From: a virus
Lineage: Duplodnaviria > Caudoviricetes
DNA: 60,974 nt
Direction: 5' to 3' (one strand)
IMG/VR virus record: IMGVR_UViG_3300042922_000258
Span: 1-60,974 of that record
The notes beneath the pieces were generated by a model. The model did no database searches, was not told the origin of the DNA, and saw nothing but the letters and a program-made list of their open reading frames with translations. This document shows positions 30,770 through 40,041 of this stretch, piece by piece. A program made the translations under genes and the position numbers. The stretch's first letter is position 1; every line of letters begins with the position of its first letter.

Positions 30770-30997
30770 CTATCTTGCATATTGCGGATGTTTTGACTTC
30801 CAGTTCTTGCGGTTCTTTAAATCCTTAAATCTGTTTTCACTATGTCCGTAATAAAGACTTTGACAATCGAGCCAAAATTTCTTCGGCGAAAATTTATTGA
30901 TTGTTTCGCTCCATTGCTTCAATTCTTCCAGTGTTAATACCTTTTGGCTTTTAACCGCCTTACTAAATCTAATTTCGTTTCTACTTGCCTTTTTCAT
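30770..30997 (-). CDS. Basic hypothetical protein
   Basis: Coupled to the SLT gene. Confidence 0.5.
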   Translation of the reverse strand: MKKASRNEIRFSKAVKSQKVLTLEELKQWSETINKFSPKKFWLDCQSLYYGHSENRFKDLKNRKNWKSKHPQYAR

Positions 30998-31539
30998 TTC
31001 TTTTCCTCCTTTAATTTATTAAACTTTTTCATTACTTCTCTGCTGTAACTACTTGAATAAACACCTCCGTTCCATAACTCCCTAGTTCGTGTCTCTCCCA
31101 TGTTGTAGCTCATAAGTACCCTATGTAAATCCAAGTACTTTGCTGTCAAAAGTGAAATGATGTAGGTTCCGGCTTGAATATTCTGCTTGGCATCGTAAAA
31201 ATCCGTGATACCCAATTCGCCCTCTAACCACTCATAATTACATGAATTAATTTGCATCAATCCTTTATCATGCGTGCCGTTATCGTTAGTGTTATAAGCT
31301 TGAACATCTCCATTGCTTTCACCGTCGACGATTGCTTTGATTAAGTCACTGTCGACCCCATAGACAGCCGAATAATAATTTATGTATGTTTCTATTGGAG
31401 ATAACTCCTTGACGGCTGTAATTGAACTGTAGACTTCTAGGCTGATATTTATTCCGGCAACCGGTTCCTCGTAGGCTTGTACGGTTTTTGGTGGCAAGAA
31501 TAGCAATACAAGTGGTATCATTAGTAAGAATTTTTTCAT
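30994..31539 (-). CDS. Secreted lytic transglycosylase (SLT domain)
   Basis: Signal peptide; AIVDGES, GLMQI, NIQAG, SYNMG motifs. Confidence 0.88.
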   Translation of the reverse strand: MKKFLLMIPLVLLFLPPKTVQAYEEPVAGINISLEVYSSITAVKELSPIETYINYYSAVYGVDSDLIKAIVDGESNGDVQAYNTNDNGTHDKGLMQINSCNYEWLEGELGITDFYDAKQNIQAGTYIISLLTAKYLDLHRVLMSYNMGETRTRELWNGGVYSSSYSREVMKKFNKLKEEKK

Positions 31540-31574
31540 ATCATCCTCCTTAGAAGTTGCTTTTCAAACAACTT

Positions 31575-31820
31575 TTATCCCAAAAAAATTTGATCCAATG
31601 TAATCGGAGCATCACCGTTTTTCTTCGCCCTCTTGTTCAGCTCTTGATAGATTATCATTTGTTCATCAAAATCAAAAGGCGTAATTCTATTAACCTTATG
31701 ATTATATGATGATAAGCAAACACCTAGTAATTTAGCCATATTGCCTTGTGTTAATCCATATTTCTTTCTTAGTTTTTCAAGTTCAAAAAACTTTTCTTTT
31801 TTTATTTGAGCAGCACGCAT
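31575..31820 (-). CDS. Cro-like XRE HTH regulator (switch 1)
   Basis: LRKKYGLTQGNMAKLLGV..SSY; divergent from 32030. Confidence 0.85.
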   Translation of the reverse strand: MRAAQIKKEKFFELEKLRKKYGLTQGNMAKLLGVCLSSYNHKVNRITPFDFDEQMIIYQELNKRAKKNGDAPITLDQIFLG

Positions 31821-31854
31821 ATATCTTCTCCTTTCTGTATATATTGTTACAAGA

Positions 31855-31960
31855 TGTTGCTTCAAGCGCAACCTGTAACCATATATTACATCTTTGCTTA
31901 ATTATTGTCAATACTTTTTTGTTGCGTTTTTTTAATTATTTCTATATAATAAGTTGCGTG
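31855..31960. promoter_or_regulatory. Divergent promoter/operator region of switch 1 (GTTGC-type half-sites)
   Basis: gttgc-N7-gcaac at 31856-31872; further gttgcg at about 31921 and 31953; related agttg-N9-caact at about 31555-31573. Confidence 0.55.
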
Positions 31961-32029
31961 GGATTAATATTAACAAATAAACCCATATTTCAAAAGATAA
32001 AATAAAAATTAGTCAAAAGGAGATGTATC

Positions 32030-32329
32030 ATGGAAAATATTAATAAAAGACTTATTCAATTAAGGGAGGAACGCGGATTAAACGGAGTTGAAATGGCAAA
32101 AAAATTAGGTGTAAACAAATCAACTATCGCTAGATATGAATCGGGAGAAATCAAACCAAATTTAGATATGATGATTGTGATTACACAAATGTTTGGGGTT
32201 AGCCTTGATTGGCTTGCCGGATATGATACAACGACCTCCGCTTCGTATGAACCAGTTATAAGAGAATGTATCAAAGCAAACATTTCCCCCGAAAGATTAA
32301 TGCAAGCTGTTAAACTTTTAAAAGGATAA
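32030..32329 (+). CDS. CI-like XRE repressor without an S24 autopeptidase domain (switch 1)
   Basis: LREERGL...MAKKLGV..STIARYESG...FGVSLDWL; only 99 aa. Confidence 0.85.
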   Translation: MENINKRLIQLREERGLNGVEMAKKLGVNKSTIARYESGEIKPNLDMMIVITQMFGVSLDWLAGYDTTTSASYEPVIRECIKANISPERLMQAVKLLKG

Positions 32330-32358
32330 AACATTAAACCGGCTTAACTACTGAAAGG

Positions 32359-33588
32359 ATGATATACTTGAAATACGAATATCTAGACTATAAATATACG
32401 ACTTATTATAATGAGACCCTTAATTTGTGGGTTTCTGCAATCAACATGGGCAAGGATACTTTTGGAAAAAGAAAACGCAAAGTACTATACGGAGACACCG
32501 AAAAGGATGTTATTAAAAAAGCAAATTCAATTATAATTGACATGAATAATGGAGATTATATGGAACCAAACAAGGATTCCCTTATATGCTTCTTAAAGGA
32601 ATACCACAGAATTAGAGCCGGATGCGATATGTGGAAACCAAACTATAAAATGCCGGAAGACGCTAAATGGGAAGAAAACACAGCTTTGCTGAACAAAATG
32701 TATATTGACGTTCACTTCGAACCTTATTTTAAGGAAATAAAACTTACCGATATTAAACCGGTCACACTGGACAAGTTTTATAATTATAAACTATCAACAC
32801 CGGGTGAATATGAAGTTATGATAAAAGGCAAAAAGGTAAAAAAGGAACGTCCTCCGCTTAGCATGAATACCGTTATTAAGTTGGATAAGTTTCTCAAATC
32901 ATCCTTTTACTATGCTATAAAAAATGGGATGTTGAAAAATAACCCAACGACTGGAGTTGTCGTTCTTGGCAAGAAGAAAAAATATAAGCCAACCGTATTC
33001 AATAAGGAACAGTTTTTAAAACTACTTCAATCGGTTGAGGGCACGGATGATGAAATCCCTATTATTTTAGGTGGAGGATGCGGCCTTAGACGAGGGGAAA
33101 TATTCGGGCTTAAATGGGAAAATGTTGATTTTGATTCCGGTACGATTACAATTGAAAACACAATGATAAGATTTAAGAGCACGAAAGATAAAGATGGTGC
33201 TAAGAATGAACAAAGCGCAAGAACTATAATTATTCCAAAATATGTTTTGGACACATTAAATAATTATAAAATTAAAATAAGCCCAAATGATGCTGACAAG
33301 ATTATAACAAGGTGGAAACCTGGAAGCTACTCAGAACGGTACGGCATATTATTAGACCGCTTCGATTTACCTCATACAAGATTGCATGACCTACGTCACT
33401 ACAATGCAGTTATTATGATGAATAAGGGCATTCCGGATAAGGCCGCAGCAGAATTTTTAGGCCATAAAGATACGCAGATGCTACACGATGTATACCAGCA
33501 TGTCCAAGAAGAAATGAAACAGAAAACAGCTGATACCATTAATGAAATGTTTAAAAAGAAAAATAGCCATGAACCCCGGGAAGAGTAG
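32359..33588 (+). CDS. int: Phage integrase (tyrosine recombinase)
   Basis: GLRRGE, HDLRH, LGH, VYQH; adjacent attP. Confidence 0.93.
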   Translation: MIYLKYEYLDYKYTTYYNETLNLWVSAINMGKDTFGKRKRKVLYGDTEKDVIKKANSIIIDMNNGDYMEPNKDSLICFLKEYHRIRAGCDMWKPNYKMPEDAKWEENTALLNKMYIDVHFEPYFKEIKLTDIKPVTLDKFYNYKLSTPGEYEVMIKGKKVKKERPPLSMNTVIKLDKFLKSSFYYAIKNGMLKNNPTTGVVVLGKKKKYKPTVFNKEQFLKLLQSVEGTDDEIPIILGGGCGLRRGEIFGLKWENVDFDSGTITIENTMIRFKSTKDKDGAKNEQSARTIIIPKYVLDTLNNYKIKISPNDADKIITRWKPGSYSERYGILLDRFDLPHTRLHDLRHYNAVIMMNKGIPDKAAAEFLGHKDTQMLHDVYQHVQEEMKQKTADTINEMFKKKNSHEPREE

Positions 33589-33589
33589 A

Positions 33590-33866
33590 TGGCTATAAAT
33601 TTGGCTATATAACAATTTTGATATATTTCCAAAATCGCTGAAACCCTTATGCAGTCGAGGGGACTTGAACCCCTACCCAGAAACCCGGACTAGATCCTTA
33701 GTCTAGCCGGGTACATAATCTAGAAGCCTTTAAAATGGCTACTTCCGTTGATTTTATTGACTTTTAAGCAGTTGCGCAAAATCATTTTAATGATGCTCCC
33801 TACGCAATTTATCAGTGTATATAAAACCATTTGGCTATAATTTTTGGCTATAATTTTTGTATAGCC
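33590..33866. repeat. attP arm-type repeats TGGCTATA flanking the core
   Basis: tggctataaatttggctata at 33590-33609 and ttggctataatttttggctata...tatagcca at 33831-33866. Confidence 0.75.
33650..33707 (-). other. attP core: 3' part of a tRNA-Leu(AAG), from the anticodon arm to the acceptor 3' strand
   Basis: Reverse strand reads gCTAGA-ct-AAG-ga-TCTAG, variable arm, aggggTTCAAGTcccct, cgactgca. The D-arm and 5' half are absent. Confidence 0.85.
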
Positions 33867-34036
33867 ATCATATCTTTAAAACATTGTTTATAACACAATA
33901 CTTCCGCCATCGATTGCAACTTGTCTTGAGAAACTTCACCTGATTGTTCCAATCTCATATACTCTTCATTGTCTTCTAATGCTCTTTCACATCTCGCAAT
34001 AATAAAATCTTCAAAGTCCTTCTCCAAATAATACAT
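33848..34036 (-). CDS. Small acidic protein downstream of a LexA-box promoter
   Basis: RBS gaagggg; 62 aa; the 3' end overlaps the attP arm. Confidence 0.6.
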   Translation of the reverse strand: MYYLEKDFEDFIIARCERALEDNEEYMRLEQSGEVSQDKLQSMAEVLCYKQCFKDMMAIQKL

Positions 34037-34227
34037 CCCCTTCGTAATTTTTAGTAACCAGCGCGCAACTATGTTATGTTATTTATCAACACAAGATAAA
34101 TAACTTATAAGGATAAATATGTAAACCCCCACGGCAAGGCAGAGGATAAGCAAAAGCAACATATAAATGTACTGGGGCGTTCAAGTATATTATTGCTTGC
34201 ATCCAAATGTAAAACCGATTTATCTGT

Positions 34228-34256
34228 ATTATATCAGAACACTAGTTCGATTGCAA
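34228..34256 (-). promoter_or_regulatory. Leftward sigma-A promoter containing a Firmicute LexA (SOS) box
   Basis: - strand TTGCAA-N17-TATAAT with aGAAC-acta-GTTCg (34236-34249) in the spacer. Confidence 0.75.
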
Positions 34257-34275
34257 TTAATATTTATGTAATATT

Positions 34276-34707
34276 TATTCTTTATGGGAATATTTTATTC
34301 CTCGTGGGTATATTTGTCAACTAATATTGAATTGGGAAAATTTATGTGATAATATGCACATGAGGTGAAATTATGGGATATGATTTAGTCGGTCTTGGAA
34401 GCAGAATATATGGCGCGCGGAAAAATAAAAAAATGACTCAAGACGAAATATGTGAAATCATTAATGTTACCCAACCAACATATTCAAAAATTGAAAATGG
34501 AAAATACAATGTTACGGTTTCGTTAATATACCAAATATCCGTTGTCCTAGAAGTATCGTTCGTTTGGCTAATCGATGGAAGCATCATAAGTGAACAATCA
34601 GACATGGAAGTCCTTAAATTAGAGAAAAATAAAACATATATCATAAGTATTCAGTGATTGCGTTAGAAATTTCGGGGTAGCGGAATAAAATATTCTACAG
34701 GGGAATA
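34276..34707. promoter_or_regulatory. Three TATTC-N7-GAATA operator-like palindromes around the XRE gene
   Basis: 34276-34292, 34296-34312 (one mismatch), 34691-34707. Confidence 0.6.
34373..34657 (+). CDS. XRE-family HTH regulator (third)
   Basis: RKNKKMTQDEIC...TQPTYSKIENG...VSFVWLI. Confidence 0.88.
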   Translation: MGYDLVGLGSRIYGARKNKKMTQDEICEIINVTQPTYSKIENGKYNVTVSLIYQISVVLEVSFVWLIDGSIISEQSDMEVLKLEKNKTYIISIQ

Positions 34708-34732
34708 ATACGCATGTGAATGGGTGGTGCTT

Positions 34733-35266
34733 ATGAAAAAAATAATTATATTTCTATTGGCTATAGCTTTTCTATCGGGATGTTCCAAGAGCGTGCTGTC
34801 AAGCGATTTTGACTCACTACAGACAGAATATAATATATTACAGTCAAGGTACGACGAATTGGAAAAAGAATTTTCAGATTTTAAAATTAAGCACGATGAA
34901 GCCTCTGCTAACTTGCCGCAAACTACCGAGGAAGATAAACCCGATGAACTCTTTGCAGACTTAATTATGCAAGGGATTCGGCTTAATTACGCATTTGACG
35001 GCACGATGCTTTACGATGGAGTAGCTCAAATAAATGTTATGAGTGAAAAATCACCAGATGAAGAATTTAAATATCTAAACGAACTACTAAAAGAAAACTC
35101 GATCAATCTAGCTTCAATTATGAAAACATATAAAATTGGAATATTATACTTTAAAGTTGTCACGGATAAAGGGTATCCAATGTTTGAATATACTTATACA
35201 TTTGGAGTAGATGAAAGCGAGGTTAAGGTGTCTGTTGCGACTGACTATATAGATATTATAAACTAA
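34733..35266 (+). CDS. Lipoprotein (possible superinfection exclusion)
   Basis: MKKIIIFLLAIAFLSGC lipobox, coiled coil; terminator at 35283-35312. Confidence 0.75.
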   Translation: MKKIIIFLLAIAFLSGCSKSVLSSDFDSLQTEYNILQSRYDELEKEFSDFKIKHDEASANLPQTTEEDKPDELFADLIMQGIRLNYAFDGTMLYDGVAQINVMSEKSPDEEFKYLNELLKENSINLASIMKTYKIGILYFKVVTDKGYPMFEYTYTFGVDESEVKVSVATDYIDIIN

Positions 35267-35451
35267 ACACTTACTATCCATTATCACTCGGTTAATATCC
35301 GGGTGATTTTTTATGCGCAAAACAACCCGTCCCTACACATTTCTATTAAATTCTATAAATATTTAATAAAATCATGCAACTTCTATCAACCATTAACATA
35401 GAATATATCAAAAGCAATGTTAATCACATATAGAAATTAATAGGAGGGAAT

Positions 35452-36336
35452 ATGGTATTAGGGTGTGATATAGGAAACCAATTTATAAAAGATAGCCAGC
35501 ATAAGATTTTTAAATCGTGTTTTACTTATCAAGACACATCACTATCAGATATAAATAAAATTACAATCGATGGATTGGACCACTTCTTTGGAGTTGGAAA
35601 TCCTACTGTCGATATAGATAAAATAGACGCGCCAATAAACAAAATAGGTATACTATCAAGCATTGCAATGTGTGGCTCGAATGAATATTACATAGTGGTT
35701 GGACTGCCGATTACTCAATACAAGGCAAAGAAGGAACGACTCCGCAATATGGTAATGTCGTACAATGGATGCGATATAATTTACAATGGGAGGAAAATTA
35801 ATTATCACATTAGGGACGTTGGGGTTTGTCCGCAGGGAATTGGAGCACTATACACTATCAATTCTTCCAGCGATAGAATACTTTTCGATATAGGAAGCTA
35901 CACAATAAATGTGGCATTAATTGAATATTCAAATGGAAATCCCAAGATAATTAAATCCGACACCTGGTATAGCGGCGTGCTCAATTTATATCAGAGAGTA
36001 ATTGAAGAGATTAATCGAAAATTTGACTTAACATTAAAACCAAGTTACGCAGAAAAAGTCTTATCAACTGGTGAACTTTCCATTGACGGCAGCCCTTGCG
36101 ATTTGAAGTTTTTGAAACCAATTATTTCAGATTATCTGGATCCGGTGTTTACTCAATTCAAGCTTAAGTACGATGAATACAAAACGGTCCCAACTACTTT
36201 AATCGGTGGAGGGGCGGAATTATTACACGGAGCCTTCGAACGGACCGTAAAGAACTGTGAGATCATAGAAGACTCACAATTCGCAAACGCCTTGGGGTAC
36301 CATCGTTATGGTATAGATAAATTTATATGCAGATAA
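35452..36336 (+). CDS. ParM/StbA-family actin-like ATPase
   Basis: GCDIGN, VVGLP, PQG, FDIGSYTIN, IGGGA, SQFANALGY actin-fold motifs. Confidence 0.9.
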   Translation: MVLGCDIGNQFIKDSQHKIFKSCFTYQDTSLSDINKITIDGLDHFFGVGNPTVDIDKIDAPINKIGILSSIAMCGSNEYYIVVGLPITQYKAKKERLRNMVMSYNGCDIIYNGRKINYHIRDVGVCPQGIGALYTINSSSDRILFDIGSYTINVALIEYSNGNPKIIKSDTWYSGVLNLYQRVIEEINRKFDLTLKPSYAEKVLSTGELSIDGSPCDLKFLKPIISDYLDPVFTQFKLKYDEYKTVPTTLIGGGAELLHGAFERTVKNCEIIEDSQFANALGYHRYGIDKFICR

Positions 36337-36347
36337 GGAGGTGGATT

Positions 36348-36557
36348 ATGGGGGATATTATTCCGGCTTATTTTTCCAAAGACGAAAAAGAACTACAAGA
36401 AAAAATTATTGCTTCAGCTAAGCGAAAGCACACTTCGAAAAGTAGTTGGATGAAAGATGCGGCGGCCGAGAAAATCGAAAGAGAAGAAAATCAAAATACT
36501 GCTGTCAAGCAAAAACCACAGAGTAGTAAATTTAATAATCTACTTGACGATTTATAA
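36348..36557 (+). CDS. ParR-like ribbon-helix-helix adaptor
   Basis: Immediately follows ParM; IPAYFSKDEKEL...SKSSWMKDAA.EKI; low-complexity tail. Confidence 0.65.
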   Translation: MGDIIPAYFSKDEKELQEKIIASAKRKHTSKSSWMKDAAAEKIEREENQNTAVKQKPQSSKFNNLLDDL

Positions 36558-36916
36558 AAATAACCCCATGCGACACTTTGGACGGTCGACGCACAGGGTT
36601 AAGATTGGCCAATACGAAATCAGCTATATCTATTATAGCATAATCTACTATCATTTCAATAAAAATCATACCCTTATTTCAGGGTGCACCTATCCCATCG
36701 AGATAAACAAAGGATTTGTTTATCCTTATGCAACGATTTTCAAAAAAATGCATGTCTCATGTAGCATTTACGAAAAATATTTTAATACCCCATAAAAACA
36801 CCGATAAGTCTAACTAAAGAAAGTATCAATACGATTCCGGCGTATGGCATTATTAATCACCTCGTTTCTGAGAAAAATATGTATTTTTGATTTATTATTT
36901 TAAGGAGGAATAACTT

Positions 36917-37144
36917 ATGGATTTTGGAGGAATGGATAAATTATTTGAGTATTTTTTTAACACAGTTGTTCACATTGGTAAGTATGTTATCGCTGTAAAA
37001 ATGGCTAGTAACCTAATGAAAGATTATGAGGCTGGAAATTTTAGAGATATGATTCAGGATTTTATCGGCGGCGGTTTCGCATTTGGAGCGTTAACCTTTA
37101 TTCTCGAATTTCTTGATAAAGTTTCTATTACTATGAACAAATAA
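36917..37144 (+). CDS. Small membrane protein (pilin/VirB2-like hydropathy)
   Basis: RBS aggagg; two hydrophobic segments separated by a short charged loop. Confidence 0.6.
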   Translation: MDFGGMDKLFEYFFNTVVHIGKYVIAVKMASNLMKDYEAGNFRDMIQDFIGGGFAFGALTFILEFLDKVSITMNK

Positions 37145-37157
37145 AGGAGGCGTTCGC

Positions 37158-37343
37158 ATGGTAGTTGAGTTTTTAGTAGGTTGGGCCGTTATTACGGCGA
37201 TACTAAAGGTTTATGTTACGAAAAAGGATATCGAATTGAAAATAAATATTGATATTGTGATATTAATACTAGCTCTTATTCTCTCCGGATTTCTGACACT
37301 TATGCAAGCGGGAGCAATAGTTCTCTACAATTTAGCATTTTAA
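37158..37343 (+). CDS. Small two-TM protein
   Basis: RBS aggagg; very hydrophobic, 61 aa. Confidence 0.65.
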   Translation: MVVEFLVGWAVITAILKVYVTKKDIELKINIDIVILILALILSGFLTLMQAGAIVLYNLAF

Positions 37344-37357
37344 GGAGGAGGTTGTAA

Positions 37358-37726
37358 TTGTATTTATCAAAAGTTTTATTTGGTGTTAACAGTGTCACAA
37401 GTGGAGATCCCAGTAATCCATCAAGGGGAATATTGGAAAATGCTTATAACAATTTTACGGAAGATTTTAAAACAGCAATTATGGAAAGTTGGCATGCTAT
37501 CGGTAAAAGCATTCATGATGGTTTAGTAACATTCGGAGAATCAGTTTTGAAAGGTTTAGTTTTTTTACTAGAGCCGCTCGTTAACTTTGGTTGCAAGTCA
37601 GTGATATTATATTGCATAATTATATATTACTGTACGGATGGTCAAGACAAAACAACTATAAAGCTCGGTCTCAAAGCATTATTAATTTTTATAATCTTTG
37701 AATATCTCAGGGGTACAATTTTATGA
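37358..37726 (+). CDS. Membrane protein coupled to the ATPase
   Basis: RBS aggagg; C-terminal TM pair; ATGA overlap with the ATPase. Confidence 0.65.
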   Translation: MYLSKVLFGVNSVTSGDPSNPSRGILENAYNNFTEDFKTAIMESWHAIGKSIHDGLVTFGESVLKGLVFLLEPLVNFGCKSVILYCIIIYYCTDGQDKTTIKLGLKALLIFIIFEYLRGTIL

Positions 37727-40041
37727 AAAGTATGAAGATGAATGAACTAGTTGAATTTTTAAATCCAAAATACGTCTACATTCAACTGATACCAACATTC
37801 TCAGTACGAAACTACAAAAGCGATGATTTTATATCTATGATCGCGCGACTTTATGTAAAGATTGATGACCGGATAGATGCAATTAATAAAAAATTAATTA
37901 TTGAAGGTGACGCTAAGTTGGGTTATTACATACATATGGAGAAAAATCAGGACCCGGAATTATCGGGGGTCAATTTTTACTTTGTAATTCCGGAGAAACA
38001 CTTTAAAATGTTTGAGGATAAAATTTATGAAACCTGGTCAAATAAGATCGACTTTAAACAAGTTGATACAATTCCGGATTTTGATATTAATTGTTCTATC
38101 TATACACTTGATTATAAAAGGAACGACGCGTTTAGTTTGACTTGCGATAAACGAGATAATGAATTATTGGTTCGACAGTTAAATACATTACACATCATGG
38201 AGACCGGCGATAAGGTTGGGGTATTTTATAATTTTATGCCGATGAACCAAAAGTTTTGGAAATCGAACTGGGATAATAATATCAAGGATTTAAAGGAAGG
38301 GATTACAAATCTCCGCTGCACCACCAAAACCGGTGCTTTTATAATGGCGATAATTAATTGGTCGATGAAATTGTCCGACTCAATCATTGCCGCACTCGTG
38401 GGGGCAAAAAAGGAGGCGTTAACAAAGCGCCTCCCGGTAAAGGATTTAGAAATTAGTCGTTGGACTCTCAAAAAACGTGATGAATATATTGCTAAGTGTC
38501 AAATACTTTGCTTTAGTCAAAGTCCGGACCACTCTAGGGAGCGCGCAAACGGACTCACGCTATGTCACAGCTTCGAGTGTCTAAGTGAAAACAATACGTT
38601 AGATTTTAAAAAATTAAATCCAAAACACAATAAAAAAATTAATTTACACGATAGTAAAATCAAATATACGCCTTCCTTTTGTATTCAACCAGGAGAAGGT
38701 CAGAGTTTTATTGGTTTGCCTGGCAGGGAGCCACTTGAACGATTCCCTATCATCCGGAGGATTGAGTCTTTGCAATGCGACACACCGGTGGAGCTGCGAA
38801 CTGGCGTGATCGCGATAGGTTATAACAAATATTACAACGGGGAAATCATCAAAACATATTTACCGTCCTCCGCCAGGGAACGTTGTTGGCTCCTTTTAAT
38901 TTTAGGACCTACGAGAGCCGGTAAAACAAATCTTATTGGAAACATATCAAAAGACGCAACAGAAGGTGGTGAGTGCACTATACTTTTTGACATATGTGGT
39001 CATTGTGAATTATCGGATGCCGTGACAGAGATTGTCGGAAAAAAGAAAGTTCTGAATATTGATTGTTCTGACATAGATAATTTACAGGGTATGGGATACA
39101 ATGAGGTTCCAATTAATCTTGATAATTCATTCTATCAATATGAAAGTGCTAAAATTAAAGCTTCTCAGCTCAAAAATTTGATGAATTCAGTAAATGACGA
39201 CGACCGAGATCTTAAGGCAAAGATGAATAAACTAATAAACGCCGCATCACTCATCGTGTTCATCAATAACGGAAGCATTAACGAAGTTTTCCGAGTTCTA
39301 TTAAGTTATAACATCAGAGAAAAATATATTCGGTTGATACCGACAGAACAAAAAGAAAATCTCGCAGATAGCATAAGTGTATTAAGGGAACTTAATGAAA
39401 AATACTCACAAGGGAAACCAACGGGTGAGTCAAAAATGACACCGGCGGTCAGTGGTATTATGGACCGTCTTGATAGCTTAAAAACAAATACATACATGGA
39501 GTTTATGCTAAAAAAGGATTGTACAAATAATATTTGCTTGACTGATGAAATTCAGAAAAATCAGGTTATCTGTTTGAGAATTCCGGAAAAATTATTCTCA
39601 ACTCCGCCAGAAAAAGACGCCTTCTGCGTTTACTGGATGACAAAAATATGGCTCGCGGTAAAGATTAGAGATGATAACCTGCCAAGGGAAAAACACGTTA
39701 AAGTTAATCTAGTTGTCGATGAACTATCTCAGGTCCCACACACAGAAGCATTTTTAAAGAGCATACTTTCTCAAATGGCGAAATTTACTTGTAAAACCAT
39801 AGTGTCTGCACATTACTTAAATCAGTTAAAAATTATACGTCAGGAGGTTCGGAGCGCGAACGCGTCCTATATGATGTTAGCTGGTTGTGACAGGGAAAAT
39901 TATGATGATCTTAAGCATGAGTTTGATCCGTACACGGTCGATGATTTATTGCATCTAAAAGAGTTTACCAGTTTAAATCTGATTAAAACTGGAAACGGAT
40001 TTGTAAAATTTATTACACAACTGCCACCTAAAATATTATAA
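37723..40041 (+). CDS. Large P-loop ATPase of the VirB4/TraG/HerA-FtsK superfamily
   Basis: Walker A GPTRAGKT, LFD, Walker B LVVDE, VSAHYLNQ; long N-terminal region as in VirB4. Confidence 0.75.
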   Translation: MKSMKMNELVEFLNPKYVYIQLIPTFSVRNYKSDDFISMIARLYVKIDDRIDAINKKLIIEGDAKLGYYIHMEKNQDPELSGVNFYFVIPEKHFKMFEDKIYETWSNKIDFKQVDTIPDFDINCSIYTLDYKRNDAFSLTCDKRDNELLVRQLNTLHIMETGDKVGVFYNFMPMNQKFWKSNWDNNIKDLKEGITNLRCTTKTGAFIMAIINWSMKLSDSIIAALVGAKKEALTKRLPVKDLEISRWTLKKRDEYIAKCQILCFSQSPDHSRERANGLTLCHSFECLSENNTLDFKKLNPKHNKKINLHDSKIKYTPSFCIQPGEGQSFIGLPGREPLERFPIIRRIESLQCDTPVELRTGVIAIGYNKYYNGEIIKTYLPSSARERCWLLLILGPTRAGKTNLIGNISKDATEGGECTILFDICGHCELSDAVTEIVGKKKVLNIDCSDIDNLQGMGYNEVPINLDNSFYQYESAKIKASQLKNLMNSVNDDDRDLKAKMNKLINAASLIVFINNGSINEVFRVLLSYNIREKYIRLIPTEQKENLADSISVLRELNEKYSQGKPTGESKMTPAVSGIMDRLDSLKTNTYMEFMLKKDCTNNICLTDEIQKNQVICLRIPEKLFSTPPEKDAFCVYWMTKIWLAVKIRDDNLPREKHVKVNLVVDELSQVPHTEAFLKSILSQMAKFTCKTIVSAHYLNQLKIIRQEVRSANASYMMLAGCDRENYDDLKHEFDPYTVDDLLHLKEFTSLNLIKTGNGFVKFITQLPPKIL

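Noticed and set aside
33650-33707. Functional tRNA-Leu gene
   Set aside because: The 5' acceptor strand and D-arm are missing; it is the attP core.
36917-40041. Complete conjugative T4SS/ICE
   Set aside because: No relaxase, oriT, coupling protein or VirB6/VirB8 equivalents were found.
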